From: Octopus sinensis
Lineage: Eukaryota
Direction: 5' to 3'
Assembly: GCF_006345805.1 (NCBI RefSeq)
Contig: NW_021833037.1
Span: forward strand, 1 to 64,000
Length of the DNA stretch: 64,000 bases
Shown here in pieces: positions 39,150 to 53,000 of this stretch. Made by a program: the position numbers and the translations under genes. The notes under the pieces are model-generated. The model worked only from the letters and a program-made list of their open reading frames with translations. It did no database searches and had not been told where the DNA came from. The first letter of the stretch is position 1; each line of letters starts with the position of its first letter.

Positions 39150-39185
39150 CTTTCTGTCGAAGAGCGTAGGCTCGAAACGTTAAAG
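39150..39185 (+). ncRNA. Minimal hammerhead-like motif with variant core
   Basis: CTTT-CTGTCGA-A-GAGC-GTAG-GCTC-GAAACGTT-AAAG. Core A6 is replaced by T. Confidence 0.35.
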
Positions 39186-39294
39186 ACTTTTTCACTTCCA
39201 GACCGTTATACTAATACATCTGTTTTTTGTCTACACCACCTGTCTTCGTCTTTTGTTTTTTTGTGAACTCTCCCTCATATATATATATATATAG

Positions 39295-39344
<50 letters not shown>

Positions 39345-39360
39345 AGAGAGAGAGATAGAG

Positions 39361-39411
<51 letters not shown>

Positions 39412-39486
39412 CAGATAAATGTAGTTTAACGCAGGTATAATTCAAATACTTTTACTTCCGACACATGTTAACAAGGAAATACACAC

Positions 39487-39566
<80 letters not shown>

Positions 39567-39568
39567 CA

Positions 39569-40154
39569 ATTAAGGACAACTTCTTAATAAGGAAAACTTA
39601 ACAAGAAATTATCGGGTAGATAGCGTGAAAGACCTCATAAGAGAAAAAATTTCGAAAATAATTATTTCTTATTGAACATATTAATTTATATATAGAGGGC
39701 ATTATTATACATACATGCCACACGCTAAGAGGGACAAAATTAGTCATTTCTACCAAAAATTTTACTAATCCCACCGAATGCAATTTTCAAAGTAAGACAT
39801 TTAAAAATATGGACTTGTATCACCTGTGATTTCATACCTCTGTATTCATCAGCAAGCCTGGACGTATCATAAATAAACGACCCTACCTCGTCTAAGCCGA
39901 GCAGCTAACTGATCAACATCAACGAAGCACATGGGTGAGTTTACATATATTACATCCGGTAAATGGCAGACTTTTACGAATTGCATTTTGTCCCTCTTAG
40001 CGTGTGGCATGTATGTATAATAATGCCTCTATATATAAATAATATGTTCAATAAGAAAGAATTATTTTCGAAATTTTTTCTCTTATGAGGTCTTTCACGC
40101 TATCTACCCGATAATTTCTTGTTAAGTTTTCCTTATTAAGAAGTTGTCCTTAAT
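39569..40154. repeat. Foldback element with about 170 bp near-perfect inverted arms
   Basis: 39569-39740 is the reverse complement of 39985-40154. Flanked by (TA)n. Confidence 0.85.
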
Positions 40155-40168
40155 ATAATAATGCCCTC

Positions 40169-40204
<36 letters not shown>

Positions 40205-40207
<3 letters not shown>

Positions 40208-42611
40208 ATAATGTTAATGTGATGCCGTCAATGATCTCGGATCACAACATAATAGACCTGTCTATGTATGGACCAAAAGCCCCCGTAGACACACAGCCTA
40301 TACGAAGCATCCACCATATCTCGCCAACTTTCATAAAGCAAACTAGAAGTTGATTGAGAAAGAGATCCTCAAACAGGATTGGCCTAAATGTCTCTCCACA
40401 CCGGACATTAACATGAAACACAAACACTTCATGTCCATAATACAACCCATATGTGACAAATATGTCCCAGTGTGCAGGGCCAGCACACACAAAAACAAAA
40501 ACAAAAACAGGATCCCTAGAGAAAGGAAGATTCTTATGAGACGACGGACAAGGATTGCGAACCGCCTGAGCAAGCACACCAAATGTGGTGAGAAGTCTCG
40601 GCTTGAGAGAATGCTAATGGAAATTGAGAAAAGTCTGCATCAGTCCCATGAAAAGGAGAGAGCAGATAAAGAAGCTTGGGTAATAGAAAATATAAAATCA
40701 AACCCTAAAGCTTTCTTTAAGTTTGCCAAAGAAACAGCCACAGTGCACCAGAGAATAGGACCTCTCTTCCAAAAAGATGGCTCTCTCACAGGAAATCCCA
40801 CGAGGATAAGTGAAATACTGAACGAACAATTCCAAAGTGTGTTCACTACACCTCTAGGACACAGGCAAGTAAACAACCCAGAAGAATTCTTTGCCACTTT
40901 ACCTGCGGCCAAAGAGGCAAAAATTGAGTACATCAACATCGAAGATGATGATATCACACTAGCCATAGATGAGATTGACACAAACTCAGCTGCTGGACCT
41001 GATGGATTCCCAGCGATCCTTCTCAAATCGTGCAAACGAGCCCTTGCAAAACCGCTACAGCTTCTTTTTCAGAGCTTTCTTGCAAGTGGTAAGCTCCCAG
41101 TCAAATTGAAAGAGGGGGTAATATGCCCTATCCATAAGGGAGGTAGCAGAGCAGATGCTAAAAATTATAGGCCTATCTCTCTGACCTCACACATCAGCAA
41201 AGTCATGGAACGAATAGTCCGTAAGTAACTAATCATGTTCCTTGAAAAAAATGACTTGCTGTCTGACACCCAGCATGGATTTCGACCAGGTAGAAGCTGC
41301 TATGACTGGGTGTTGAAACAGCTACTAAATAGCTCAAATGTGGATGTAATATATCTCGACTTTGCAAAAGCCTTTGATAAAGGAGACCATGGTATGATCT
41401 GTCACAAACTGCGTGGTCTCGGCATAGGCGGAAAACTTGGAGAGTGGCTGCACAACTTCCTAAAAGACAGAAAACAGGCAGTTGTGAGCAATGGAGCTAC
41501 TCCAAGGAAACGCAAATAACAAGCAGTGTCCCACAGGGCACTGTCTTGGGGCTACTGATGTTCATAGTGGCCCTTTCAGACATGCCTTCAGTTGCTACGA
41601 TGGCCACCCTTGCTAGCTATGCAGATGACACAAAAGTCTCCCACACAATACAAAGCCCTGACAATATTGCGCATCTGCAACAGGAGTTGGACACAATATA
41701 CAGGTGGGCTGAGGACAACAACATGCAGTTTAATGCAGGTAAGTTCCAGGCCCTGCGCTACCGGCACACAAAGGTAAACGATGTGCAGACTGGATACACT
41801 GGTCCAGGAAGAATTGCAATCCCTGAGTCAAAATCAGTGCGTGACCTGGGCATTGACATGAGCAATGATGCATCTTTCCAAGTGCATATTACTAATCTGG
41901 TGATAAAATGCAGACGGCTAGCTGGATGGATTCTCCGAACTTTCAGAACAAGAGAGAAGGAGACACTGATGGTCCTATGGAAAACATTCGTCCTCATCCG
42001 CTTGGACTACTGCTCCCAACTATGGTCGCCACACAATATAAAACTAACAGCAGAACTCGAGGCAGTTCAGAGAAGCTACACAAAGAAAATCTTCTCAGTG
42101 CAAAATATCAGCTACTGGGAAAGACTGAAAGTATTAAACCTCTTCTCCCTAGAGCGGAGGCGGTAGAGATATGCGGTGATATACATCTGGAAAATCCTGG
42201 AGGGTCTTGTCCCAAACTTTGGCATTCAAAGTTACCCCAACCGCAGTACGGGGCGCCACTGCATGGTGCCAAGGATTCCAACATCACCATCAAAATACAG
42301 GTCCAGATACTGCAACAGCTTGGGTTTCATCGGACCACAGCTCTTTAACATCCTCCCTAAATGCCTGAGAGACTTACATGGTGTGGATATGGGTTTCTTT
42401 AAAACTACACTGGATCTCTTCTTGTCGGGAGTCCCAGATGAACCTACCTCACGACAGGAGACGCAGATGCGGGCAGCAGCATCGAACTCCATTGTTGATC
42501 AAGTGCTACGTATCAGAGGTGGATTCACATATTAGTGTAGCTCATTCAGCGGTGATGCCCCAGCATGGCCGCGGCCTTCGGGCTAAAACATTTTTAAGGA
42601 TTTAAGGATTT
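40205..42611 (+). mobile_element. CR1/L2-like LINE family 2, 5' truncated
   Basis: NYRPISLTSHISKVMER, YLDFAKAFD, SVPQGTVLG and YADDTK motifs. 3' tail (TTTAAGGA)n. Confidence 0.9.
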
Positions 42612-42626
42612 ATATATATATATATA

Positions 42627-43215
42627 TTGAATACTGTTGTCCACTGTGGTCTCCCCACACAATACAAGGTATCATAAAAGTTGAAGCACCTCAAAGGGCA
42701 ATCACAAAAAAGATAGATGGCATGACAGGCCTCGACTATTGGGGTCGACTGGAAAGGCTAAAACTCTATTCTCTCCAACGTCGTCGTGAGCGCTACATCA
42801 TCTGCATGATGTGGAAAATATTCCATCAGCATTGCCCAAATGATGTTGGCATCACCTTTAAGGTACATCCAAGGCTTGGGCCCCGTGCCATCCGCCCAAA
42901 ACAAAAATCGCACTCTCATCTCATAACAACAATACGGCACAATTATTTCACCTCAATTGGCCCCGCTCTCTTTAACATTACACCAAAACACATTAAAACA
43001 GAAACTGACCCTATAGGGTTCAAGAAGTCTTTGGACAGATTCCTTCAAGAAATCCCGGATAAACCCCTACACCCGGATATGTCTCTGTAAACAATAACTC
43101 TCTACTTGAGTGGGCCATACTGCCCAAATTCTGACTTGAAAGACTTCACCAGGTGGTGCTATTAAGTTAGACATGGCCTGGGCCAATAATGGCCGAAACC
43201 TATCAAAGTATCAAA

Positions 43216-43218
<3 letters not shown>
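42627..43218 (+). mobile_element. CR1/L2-like LINE family 1, 3' fragment
   Basis: Near-identical to the reverse complement of 36183-36772. (ATCAAAGT)n tail. Confidence 0.9.
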
Positions 43219-43264
<46 letters not shown>

Positions 43265-43476
43265 CATAAAAGACCCCCTTCGGTCATGAATGACCATGGG
43301 ATTGCACCTAGAAAGTTACCCTCCTAGACACAAGTCCGGGCAAGGTTGTTTATGGAAGACCAGCAGTCGCCCATGCATACCAGCCTCCCCTCTCCACGCC
43401 ACCAGTGTTATCCAAGGGAAAGACAAAGTCGATACAGCTTGGCACCAGTGACGTCGCAACTCATTTCTACAGCTGC
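43265..43476 (-). mobile_element. SINE 3' fragment
   Basis: Matches the 3' part of the SINE at 48010-48345. Confidence 0.75.
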
Positions 43477-43651
43477 GTACATATATATGAATGTATGTAT
43501 ATATAATATGTATATATATATTAGGGAATAATAAATATTATTCCAAATATATTTTTTTAATATTTAATTTTTTTCTATATGGTATAATTTAATTATATCA
43601 TTGTTATTTCATTGTTGAATTGATAAAAGGTGGTGTTTCTCAAATTTATTT

Positions 43652-43717
<66 letters not shown>

Positions 43718-43850
43718 TATATATATATGTATATATATATATATATGTAATATATATATGTATATATATATGTATATATATATAATATGTATATATATAT
43801 ATACATATACATATACATATACATGCATACATACATACATATATAATATA

Positions 43851-43886
<36 letters not shown>

Positions 43887-44170
43887 TGTATGTATGTATG
43901 TATGTATGTATGCATGTATGTATGTATGTGTGTGTGTAATATATTTATATGCATATATAAGGATAAAATCTGTATAAGATTTATCAAGTAGCCAGCGTGA
44001 AAAACAAATTTAGGAAAAAATTAATATAAAGTATATAATTTTTCTTAAATATAAATACCTTAATAAATTAAAGGCTATTACTATGAGTAACGCCTTGCAT
44101 TACTTATACTAACAGCGTTTAAAATAATAATAGATAGATAAATAGATATATACATACATACATACATACA

Positions 44171-44203
<33 letters not shown>

Positions 44204-44320
44204 GCATATGTATGCACATATATATTCATATTTAATCTATATATACACACATAAATACACAGACACACAAACACACACACAACACACACACACACACATA
44301 CATACATACATATATATATA

Positions 44321-44387
<67 letters not shown>

Positions 44388-45352
44388 ATATACATATATA
44401 TATCTTTTAAATTATTTATGGTAACGTTAATGGTATGCAAATATAACTCCTTTTACCTTATGGCGGCTAACGTCTAATGATACTGACTTGTGATTCAGTT
44501 TTTCGAGGTTGCACCATGGTTATACCGATTAAATGTGGGATAAATATAATAATAAGAAGGATGAAATTCAAGGATGGAATTTATAAATAGTTAATACACC
44601 GCTACGCGCGTTTCCACAAATCACACGATTTAAACATCGGACTCCGTATCCTTGAGATTGGTACAGTATAGTCCGTATTATCCATGGGCATCCGATTGAT
44701 CATCATCATTCATTCATTTAATCAGGTGATACTACATTAGTGGATGAATTACAGAGGAACTCTGACTAAATTGGCCTTTATACTGGCAAGACAGGATGAA
44801 CATAACTCTGTTTATTCTATGCTAGAATTATTGTTGTTGTTGTTGTTGTGGTTGTTGTTGTTATTTACAATCAAATGAATAAATACAGACGTTGGATAAT
44901 TTTGTTGGTCATTCTCTCATTTGATAGTTAGCCCCAACAGACTTCAGCCACGTCCCTGCCGTATTCTGGAGATATTCTATTGTTTGTAAAATTATGTTTC
45001 ATCTGATAATTACGGTTTTTTTTAAATCATTGCTTAAAATATGCGTAAGAAGCAGCTGTAATGAGCTGACAATTATTCATCATCTCTTATTATTCATTTG
45101 ATTATAATATACCAAGGGGATTTACGACTTGTCGGACATCCTAAAGTAAAACAACGATGTTCAATTCAACGTAACACATGCTTTGAAGCAGCTCCTAGGC
45201 GCTAAATAGTCATAGGGGTGATTTCCATAGGGAGTATCAAATCGCCTATTTGATACTTATCAAACATAGGCCGGAACAACAGCTTTATCCAACCCTGCCT
45301 AATGGTTATCTTTTCAAGTACCTGATGCTATCTGAATCATTATTTTACTATT

Positions 45353-45452
<100 letters not shown>

Positions 45453-45533
45453 TATATTATACATACATACATACATGCATGCATACATACATATGTGTGT
45501 ATATACATATGTATATATATATATGTATGTGTG

Positions 45534-45568
<35 letters not shown>

Positions 45569-45608
45569 CACACACACACACACACACCACACACACACAT
45601 ATATATAT

Positions 45609-45687
45609 ACTTTGATACTTTGATACTTTGATAGGTTTCGGCCATTATTGGCCCAGGCCATGTCTAACTTAATAGCACCACCTGGTG
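45609..45687 (-). mobile_element. CR1/L2-like family 1, 79 bp 3' tip
   Basis: Identical to the LINE 3' end at 43147-43218. Lies in (TA)n. Confidence 0.85.
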
Positions 45688-45690
45688 TAT

Positions 45691-45733
<43 letters not shown>

Positions 45734-46108
45734 TATATTAATATATATATATATAATATATATATATACTAGATGTGTTTTTGCGTGCTCTCCGTGGTGA
45801 TGGCTAAATTCTTAAACAATTTAAAATATAATATATAAAATATATAATAAAACTTTTACATACAAATAACTTGAAGACAATTCCTCTGCAACATCTTGTC
45901 TGTTTTCTAAGTAGAAATGCTTGTCAAGAACGATATGTTACTTGCTTAAATCTATCTTCTTTATGAAGGAAAATCATTGTATGAACTTTTCATCGATTTA
46001 TCAATATCAGATGCCCTGAATTATTTACATTAATTATGAATATGATCTGCATTTAAATGCATTAATATATTGACGTACAACTCACTTATGATGGTATATC
46101 ATTAAATG

Positions 46109-46176
<68 letters not shown>

Positions 46177-46273
46177 TAATACATATATATATATATCCAT
46201 ATATATATATATATTATATTATATATATATATATTATATCAATACACATCCATATATATATACATATATATAT

Positions 46274-46311
<38 letters not shown>

Positions 46312-46324
46312 TATTTAACTATAT

Positions 46325-47835
46325 ATATATATATATAAAGTTGTAGCCTCTGTCTGTCTGTTAGTTATCGAACTCCTTCGGTTTTGGAGAAAGACCCCAC
46401 CCATAACCTTATATATTCTGAAACAACATTACCCAGGTTACTTGGATAAGTATATTTCATTTTCATTGAAGGGATCTTCGGGGTGCACAAACCCACCACT
46501 GAAAAAGTTTTTCCAATTAATTTAAATGAAAATTTAAGCCATAGGTAAATGAACAGAAATTATGCCTATTCCCAAAATATCAGGGAATTTCTATAATATT
46601 AAGACGCCCTAATGGGACTAAACCCCCTTATATAGCAAATTCTGGAAGCCCATAACTTGAGTATTTGAACCTTTATTATCACGGGGCTTTTCTATTAATT
46701 AAACATAAAACAATAAAATTGCCTCTCTTTTATAGAATTCTGCAAATTTACATATTTTATCCATGACAAATCATCACTAGAATTATGGCAAGAAAAAGTA
46801 TTAGTGAATGCCTCTACTCTTTTAACATTTTCTTTTTATTAATTTTTCTTCAGACACCCATTATACCACGGAAAAGGAAGTCTCCTTATGCAAATACTCT
46901 ACATGCACAAATGATAAAGCTTCGTCGTCAATCTGAAAGCTGTAATGTAAAGGAAGAACAACTTTCTAGGCAAAGCCAAAGACAAAGAGAGTCTCGCCAA
47001 TCTGAAAGCGGTGCTGCAAAGGACGAACGACTTTCTCGACAAAGACAGAGGCAAACAGAGTCTCGACAAAATGGAAACTTTGGTGAGCATCAAGAAAGAC
47101 AGAAGCAAGATATATTTCGCTATATATTTGCAAAAAGAAATGAGTCTGAAGAAGAGACACAACAGCATTTGATTTTTCATAGAAATAGGTATCAAAATTT
47201 AAGACAACGTGAGATTCAAAATGCTAAACATTCTGCATTGCTGTATGATAGAATGACCCACATAACAAGGCTGCAATTGGAGAGATGACCAAACTTTGTG
47301 GCGCTATGAAATTTACTGGAGAATCTCCAGGAATGTGCAGTGGAAATGGAAAAGTTACAGGTGAAAATTAATTCAGCAATCACTTTTTGTCAAAGAGAGT
47401 ATCTCTCTTTGCCTTGAACAGCTTTGATCACAAAGGTGCACCTGTCCAAGGTTTGAATCCATCTGTGAGAATCCAAGGTCAAATCTACCATCATTTCGGG
47501 GAAATAAACGTGACAAGGAAGATCATGCGGGAACATGTTTGGTGTTTTAATGCACCAACAGGGGTTGAAGTTGCAATTTTAATATGAAATTAACCTACAT
47601 AAAATAGAGATATTGTTCTTCATTTGAAAAAAGGTGGATTGAGAATTTCAGAGTTACGTCGATCCTGTGATGTTTTGATGTATCCAATGTCTTTTTCCAT
47701 ATGGAACAGACGGCTACCACATATATTTCCAAGGGAGAAATTACCACCAAGGAATAGTGAAATAACACGATTGGAGGATTTTGCGACTCCCCAATTTTAC
47801 TATTTAATCCCGAGCGACGCCGGGTATGCCTGCTA

Positions 47836-47837
<2 letters not shown>
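46325..47837 (+). mobile_element. Internally deleted Helitron with RepHel N-terminal remnants
   Basis: 5' TATATAAAG..TCTGTCTGTCTG. Motifs GEMTKLCGAMKFTGESPGMCSGNGKV, IQGQIYH, FNAPTGVEVA and RSCDVLMYP. 3' CCCGAGCGACGCCGGG...CTAGT. Confidence 0.85.
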
Positions 47838-47888
<51 letters not shown>

Positions 47889-47901
47889 TATACATATATA
47901 T

Positions 47902-47983
<82 letters not shown>

Positions 47984-48009
47984 TTATAATAATAATAATA
48001 ATAATAAAG

Positions 48010-48345
48010 GGGGTAAAGACCCCCTTCGGTCATGGATGACCATGGGATTGCACCTAGAAAGTTACCCTCCTGGACACAAGTCGGGCAAGGTTGTTTATGG
48101 AAGACCAGCAGTCGCCCATGCATACCAACCTCCCCTCTCCACGCCACCAGTGTTATCCAAGGGAAAGACAAAGGTCGATACAGCTTGGCACCTGTGACGT
48201 CGCAACTCGTTTCTACAGCTGAGTGAACTGGAGCAACGTGAAATAAAGTGCTTTGCTCAAGAACACAGCACGCAGCCCGGTCAGGGATTCGAGCACACAA
48301 CCTCACGATCATAAGCTCGACGCTCTAACCACTGAGCCATGCGCC
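48010..48345 (-). mobile_element. Full-length tRNA-derived SINE
   Basis: Reverse complement of GGCGCATGGCTCAGTGGTTAGAGCG...CTCGAATCCC head. Flanked by (AAT)n. Confidence 0.85.
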
Positions 48346-48370
48346 AATAATAATAATAATAATAATAATA

Positions 48371-49042
48371 AGTGGAGTATAAATTAAGACATGACAGAGT
48401 TGGCCAATATCTCCACTGGCTAATAAGTCGGCATTACAATATCAAAACTGCCGACAAGTGGTATAATCACTACCCTGAGGCTGTAACTGAAGGAGAAAAT
48501 GTAACTATTCTGTGGGACTTTCCAGTACATACAGACCGAACCATCAAGGCCAATAAACCAGATATTGTTGTGAAAGACCAAAACAATAAAGTTTGCTTAT
48601 TGATCGACATGAGCATCCCCTGTGATCATAATATCTCAGCGAAAGAGTTTGACAAGCTCAGAAAATATAAAGACCTACCCATTGAAATTGAGAAAATGTG
48701 GCATCTCAAGGCAGTTACAATACCAGTGATCGTAGGAGCACTAGGAATGATCAAGAAGGGAACCGAAAATTATATGAGAATGATCCCTGGCTTACCATCC
48801 CTGCAAGAAGTGCAAAAGATTGTCTTAACTGGTACATCACACGTATTGAGAAGAGCATTGTTGATGTGAGAACTGTTGCTGCTCATGTATTTTAATTTAA
48901 CTTAAAAAAAAAAAAAACAAAATGAACGAACTACTGAGTTTGGTTTAATGGCCTACCAATGTATACTATGAGTTTCTTTGCCCTAGGAGTCGGGAAGACA
49001 CTCGGCAAGAAATGGAAGCAAATTTGAAAGAAGAAAAAAAAA
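48371..49042 (+). mobile_element. 5'-truncated R4/Dong-like LINE (RLE domain plus 3' UTR) in (AAT)n
   Basis: RHDRV...ILWDFPVHTDRTIKANKPDIVV...LIDMSIP...EFDKLRKY (PD..D RLE). (AAT)n on both sides. Confidence 0.85.
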
Positions 49043-49069
49043 ATAATAATAATAATAATGATAATAATG

Positions 49070-49129
<60 letters not shown>

Positions 49130-49388
49130 CACTTTGCATTGTTGTAGCTTTTGAATGATGCCATCCCACTGGCTAAGTGAGGTGGCCAACATTCCCTTTG
49201 ATTGGAAGGTTGTTCTGTCACAGGGTTATTCATTTACAGCTGAATGCACGAGGACAGTGTGAAATTAAATGTTCTGCTCAAGGACACAACGCGTCGCTTG
49301 GCCATGAACTAGCCATCTTGAGTGCAAAGACCCTATGCCACGCGCCTCCAGGCACAACTGCACTCACACACACACAAACACATATATA

Positions 49389-49625
49389 TTGGGTTGGTGC
49401 ATAAATATTGCAGCTTTTACTCAACAAAAACAATAACAAAATTTAACAAAAACATCTTTAAATGATTATTCTGGAGCATATTCACCATCTACTTCAATTA
49501 CTGCTTCCCATTTGCTTGGCAGCCGGTCAGACCATCATTTAAAGTTGTTTTTGTTAAATATTGTTATTGTTTTTGTTGAATAAAATTTGTTGAAAAACAA
49601 CCGCAATAATTATGCACCAACCCAA
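49389..49625. mobile_element. Mariner-derived MITE
   Basis: TA-TTGGGTTGGTGCATAA ... TTATGCACCAACCCAA-TA. Confidence 0.85.
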
Positions 49626-49900
49626 TATATACATGTACATGTCTGTAGGCTGACCAAAATATTTTCGTGGGATGTGACCAAATGAGATTTATTTTTCAAC
49701 ATGCACCCTCCCCCACCCTAGTTTAGTATTCAGAATATTCTCAAAACTTCTGAAAGGCACAATAGCAACACCTATACACAAAAGGAGGGCTGAAGCTAAA
49801 AATTACAGATTTTACAGTTCTATATTTAAGTGATGAGGAATTATGTACACTATTTACATTATTTACATTTGACGGATATTTGTCCTCATCTTGTTTGTTG

Positions 49901-49942
49901 TTAACATTTCGGCTGATATACCTTCCAGCCTTCATCAAGTGT
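49901..49942 (-). ncRNA. Degenerate hammerhead-like motif in a Penelope-type terminal repeat
   Basis: On -: CAC-TTGATGA-A-GGCTG...CAGCC-GAAATGTT. Core C3 is mutated and stem I/III are broken. Confidence 0.3.
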
Positions 49943-50034
49943 CTTGGGGAAATTGCGAACCTGGGATCTCATTGCTAAGGTATTTTTTGATGTTATTATC
50001 ATTAATATTGCTATTATTAGTGTTAATATTATTA

Positions 50035-53000
50035 TTATTGAGTGAGAGAGCGGTGCATGCCATCAAAGTGACACTGGGGTAAAATATACGAAGCCCAGTA
50101 TACCCATCAGGACTAACCGTCTGATAAGGGTACACCAGGAACACGCATCACAACCATATGTGTGTGACATGGTGATCTCATATCACGATAAACAGCACAT
50201 GACCTTGCAGGCGGGGCCCAATTAGAATTGAGTAACCCATCCCGCTCAAAAGGTCCCTGAATAAGGATTTGTTTAAGGATGTTGACCGAACCACCCATGT
50301 TTCCAAAGGTGAATTATCCAAACCTCTTAGAATTATTTTCAACACATGGCTATGATGTTCCCCCACGACTTCTACTCGTGATCAGAGATGCACATATCGT
50401 CAGCCACTAAGGGACATGGTCAACTGGTTAAGGTCAAACAACTGACAATTTTAGGACACTAACACTATGAAAAACGTGGAAATTTTACCGGTGAGTGTGT
50501 TACATAATAAGGCACAAAAAGAAAATGACTCTCCCCAGACACAATAGAATATACTTCAACACACGAACTCATATAAAGAATCTTGCAAACCAAATCCAAA
50601 AGCGAAACATTATTTGTATTATTATTATTCAGTAGTTTTATTTTATAGCGTGCTTTCACATCACTACCGAGCGCAGCTCTGTGTGCCTTGGGTATGTGCT
50701 GTGATTTGTTGTGATGCTCTGATGGTTATTGTATGGAAAGTGTTCTGCGTAGGATGTGTGCAGTGCCTTGTAGTGCAATTTTCTGTATGTTATATGTGTT
50801 TGTAAGTCCTGGCGTTTTTGTTATGTATTTGTCTGAATATTTTTTTATCATGCCTAATGCACCTACTATGATAGGAATCGTTTCTGTTTTCAGATTCCAC
50901 ATTCTAGTTACCTCTATTTCCAGGTCTTTGTATTTTGAGAGTTTCTCCATTTCTTTTAGAGACACGTTGACATCTGCCGGTATTGATACATCAATTAGAA
51001 AGTATTTTTTTTCTTCATGATCTCTGACAACTATATCTGGCCTGTTGGCCTTAATTTCTCTATCTGTGTGTATCAGCATATCCCAGAGTATGGTTGCTTT
51101 CTCGTATTCTGTGACCTTTTCTGGTGTGTGCCTATACCATCTTTTTTCTGTTGTTATTCCATAATGTTGGCATAGCTTCCAGTGTATGTAGGTTCCAACT
51201 CTGTCATGTCTGTGATATATTCCTTCTTAGCCAGGACTGGGCAGCTAGAGATAATATGATTTATTGTTTCTTGTCCATCTCCACATATTCTGCAGTTACT
51301 TGTTATATTTCTTTTCATTACATGTTTTTGGTAATTTCTGGTGGGGAGGCTTTGGTCTTGTGCTGCAATTAAAAATCCCTCTGTTTCTGCTTTGAGTCCT
51401 GAGCTTCTCAACCATTGCTGGGATTTTTCTTTGTCTATTTCTTTTGCGTTTAGTTTAGTCCAGTATTTACCATGAAGGGGCTTTTCTTGCCATCGTTTTA
51501 TCATGGTTCGTTGCTGTTCTATTTTTAGTTTGGATTTCATTTGTTTTATAGCTTTTGTTGTTTCTTCATCTTCTTCTTCTTCTTCATGTTTATTAGGTGG
51601 TATGATTTCTTGTTTGTATTCGTCAGCTTCCTTAAATACTGAGAACAGTGTTTTGTTTTGCTCGTGTTTTGCCGCTATCTGGATCAGTTTTCCTTCCTTC
51701 TGAAGTAGATATTTTTGCAGTCCTATGGTGGTTATTTTATAGTAGTTTTCCAGGTGTATAAGGCCTCTACCACCTTCTATACGTTGTATATATAGTCTTT
51801 CTATGTCAAATTTTGGGTGATGCATCGTCGATCCTGTCATTATTTTTCTTGTTTTCCTATCTATTTTGGTCAGTTCATTTCGTGTCCAGTTAAGGATATT
51901 GTAGCTGTAACTTATAACTGGGACAGCTAAAGTGTTGATACCTATTATCTTGTTTTTAGCATTGAGCTCTGTTTTTAGTATTGATCTAACTCGTCTATAA
52001 TATTCTTTTTTTATTTTCTCTTTCATTTGTGTGTGTTGTGTCTTATCTAGTTCATGGATTCCTAAGTATTTGTAAGTTTGGCTTTGGTCTAATTCTTTTA
52101 TTTCATTAGTTTTATCTAGTGTGATGTTGCTACTCTTAACTAGTTTTCCTTTTTTCATGGTTACTTTGGCGCATTTTTCTAATCCAAATTTCATATCTAT
52201 TTCTTTGGTAAATCCATGAACTGTCTTTAATAGTGTTTCCAGCTGTTTGTCATTTGCAGCGTATAGTTTTAGGTCATCCATATATAAAAGGTGGCTGATC
52301 GTTTTGCCGTAACATTTATATCCGCATCCAGTTCTATTTAGTATATCAGATAGAGGTGACAGTGCCAAGCAGAAAAGGAGTGGAGAGAGCGTGTCTCCCT
52401 GGAATATTCCTCTTCTAATGGGGATGTCTTTGGTTTTCATGAGTCCCTCTTTTGTTTGGAGGTGTAGGACTGTTTGCCATTTATTCATAGAGTGCTCTAT
52501 GAATTTTATGATTGTTGGTGCTACTTTGTTAATGGCTAGTGTTTCGAGGATCCATGTGTGGGGGATGCTATCAAACGCCTTTTTGTAGTCAATCCAGGCC
52601 ATACTGAGGCCTTTCTTCTTTCTGTGGTTGTCTTCAGTTATGGCTTTATTAATCATTAGTTGATCTTTACAGCCATATAAGCCTTTGCGGCATCCTTTCT
52701 GCTCTTCTGGGAACAGTTTGTCTTCGTCCAGGTGTTTGTTCAACCTTTGCGATATCACTGCAGTAAACGCCTTGAACATTGTAGGGAGACAGGTTATTGG
52801 TCTGTAGTTTTCTGGTTTTGCTGTCTCATTTGAATTGGGAATTAAGATGGTTTTCCCCTTCCTGAGCCATTCAGGCATTGCCTCTGGCTCTGCTAGTATG
52901 TTGTTAAAGTTTTCAGCCAGCTTTTTGTGCATTTCTGTTAGATATTTCAACCAGAAGTTGGGGATCTTGTCATGCCCAGGTGCCTTCCACTTGCTTAGTC

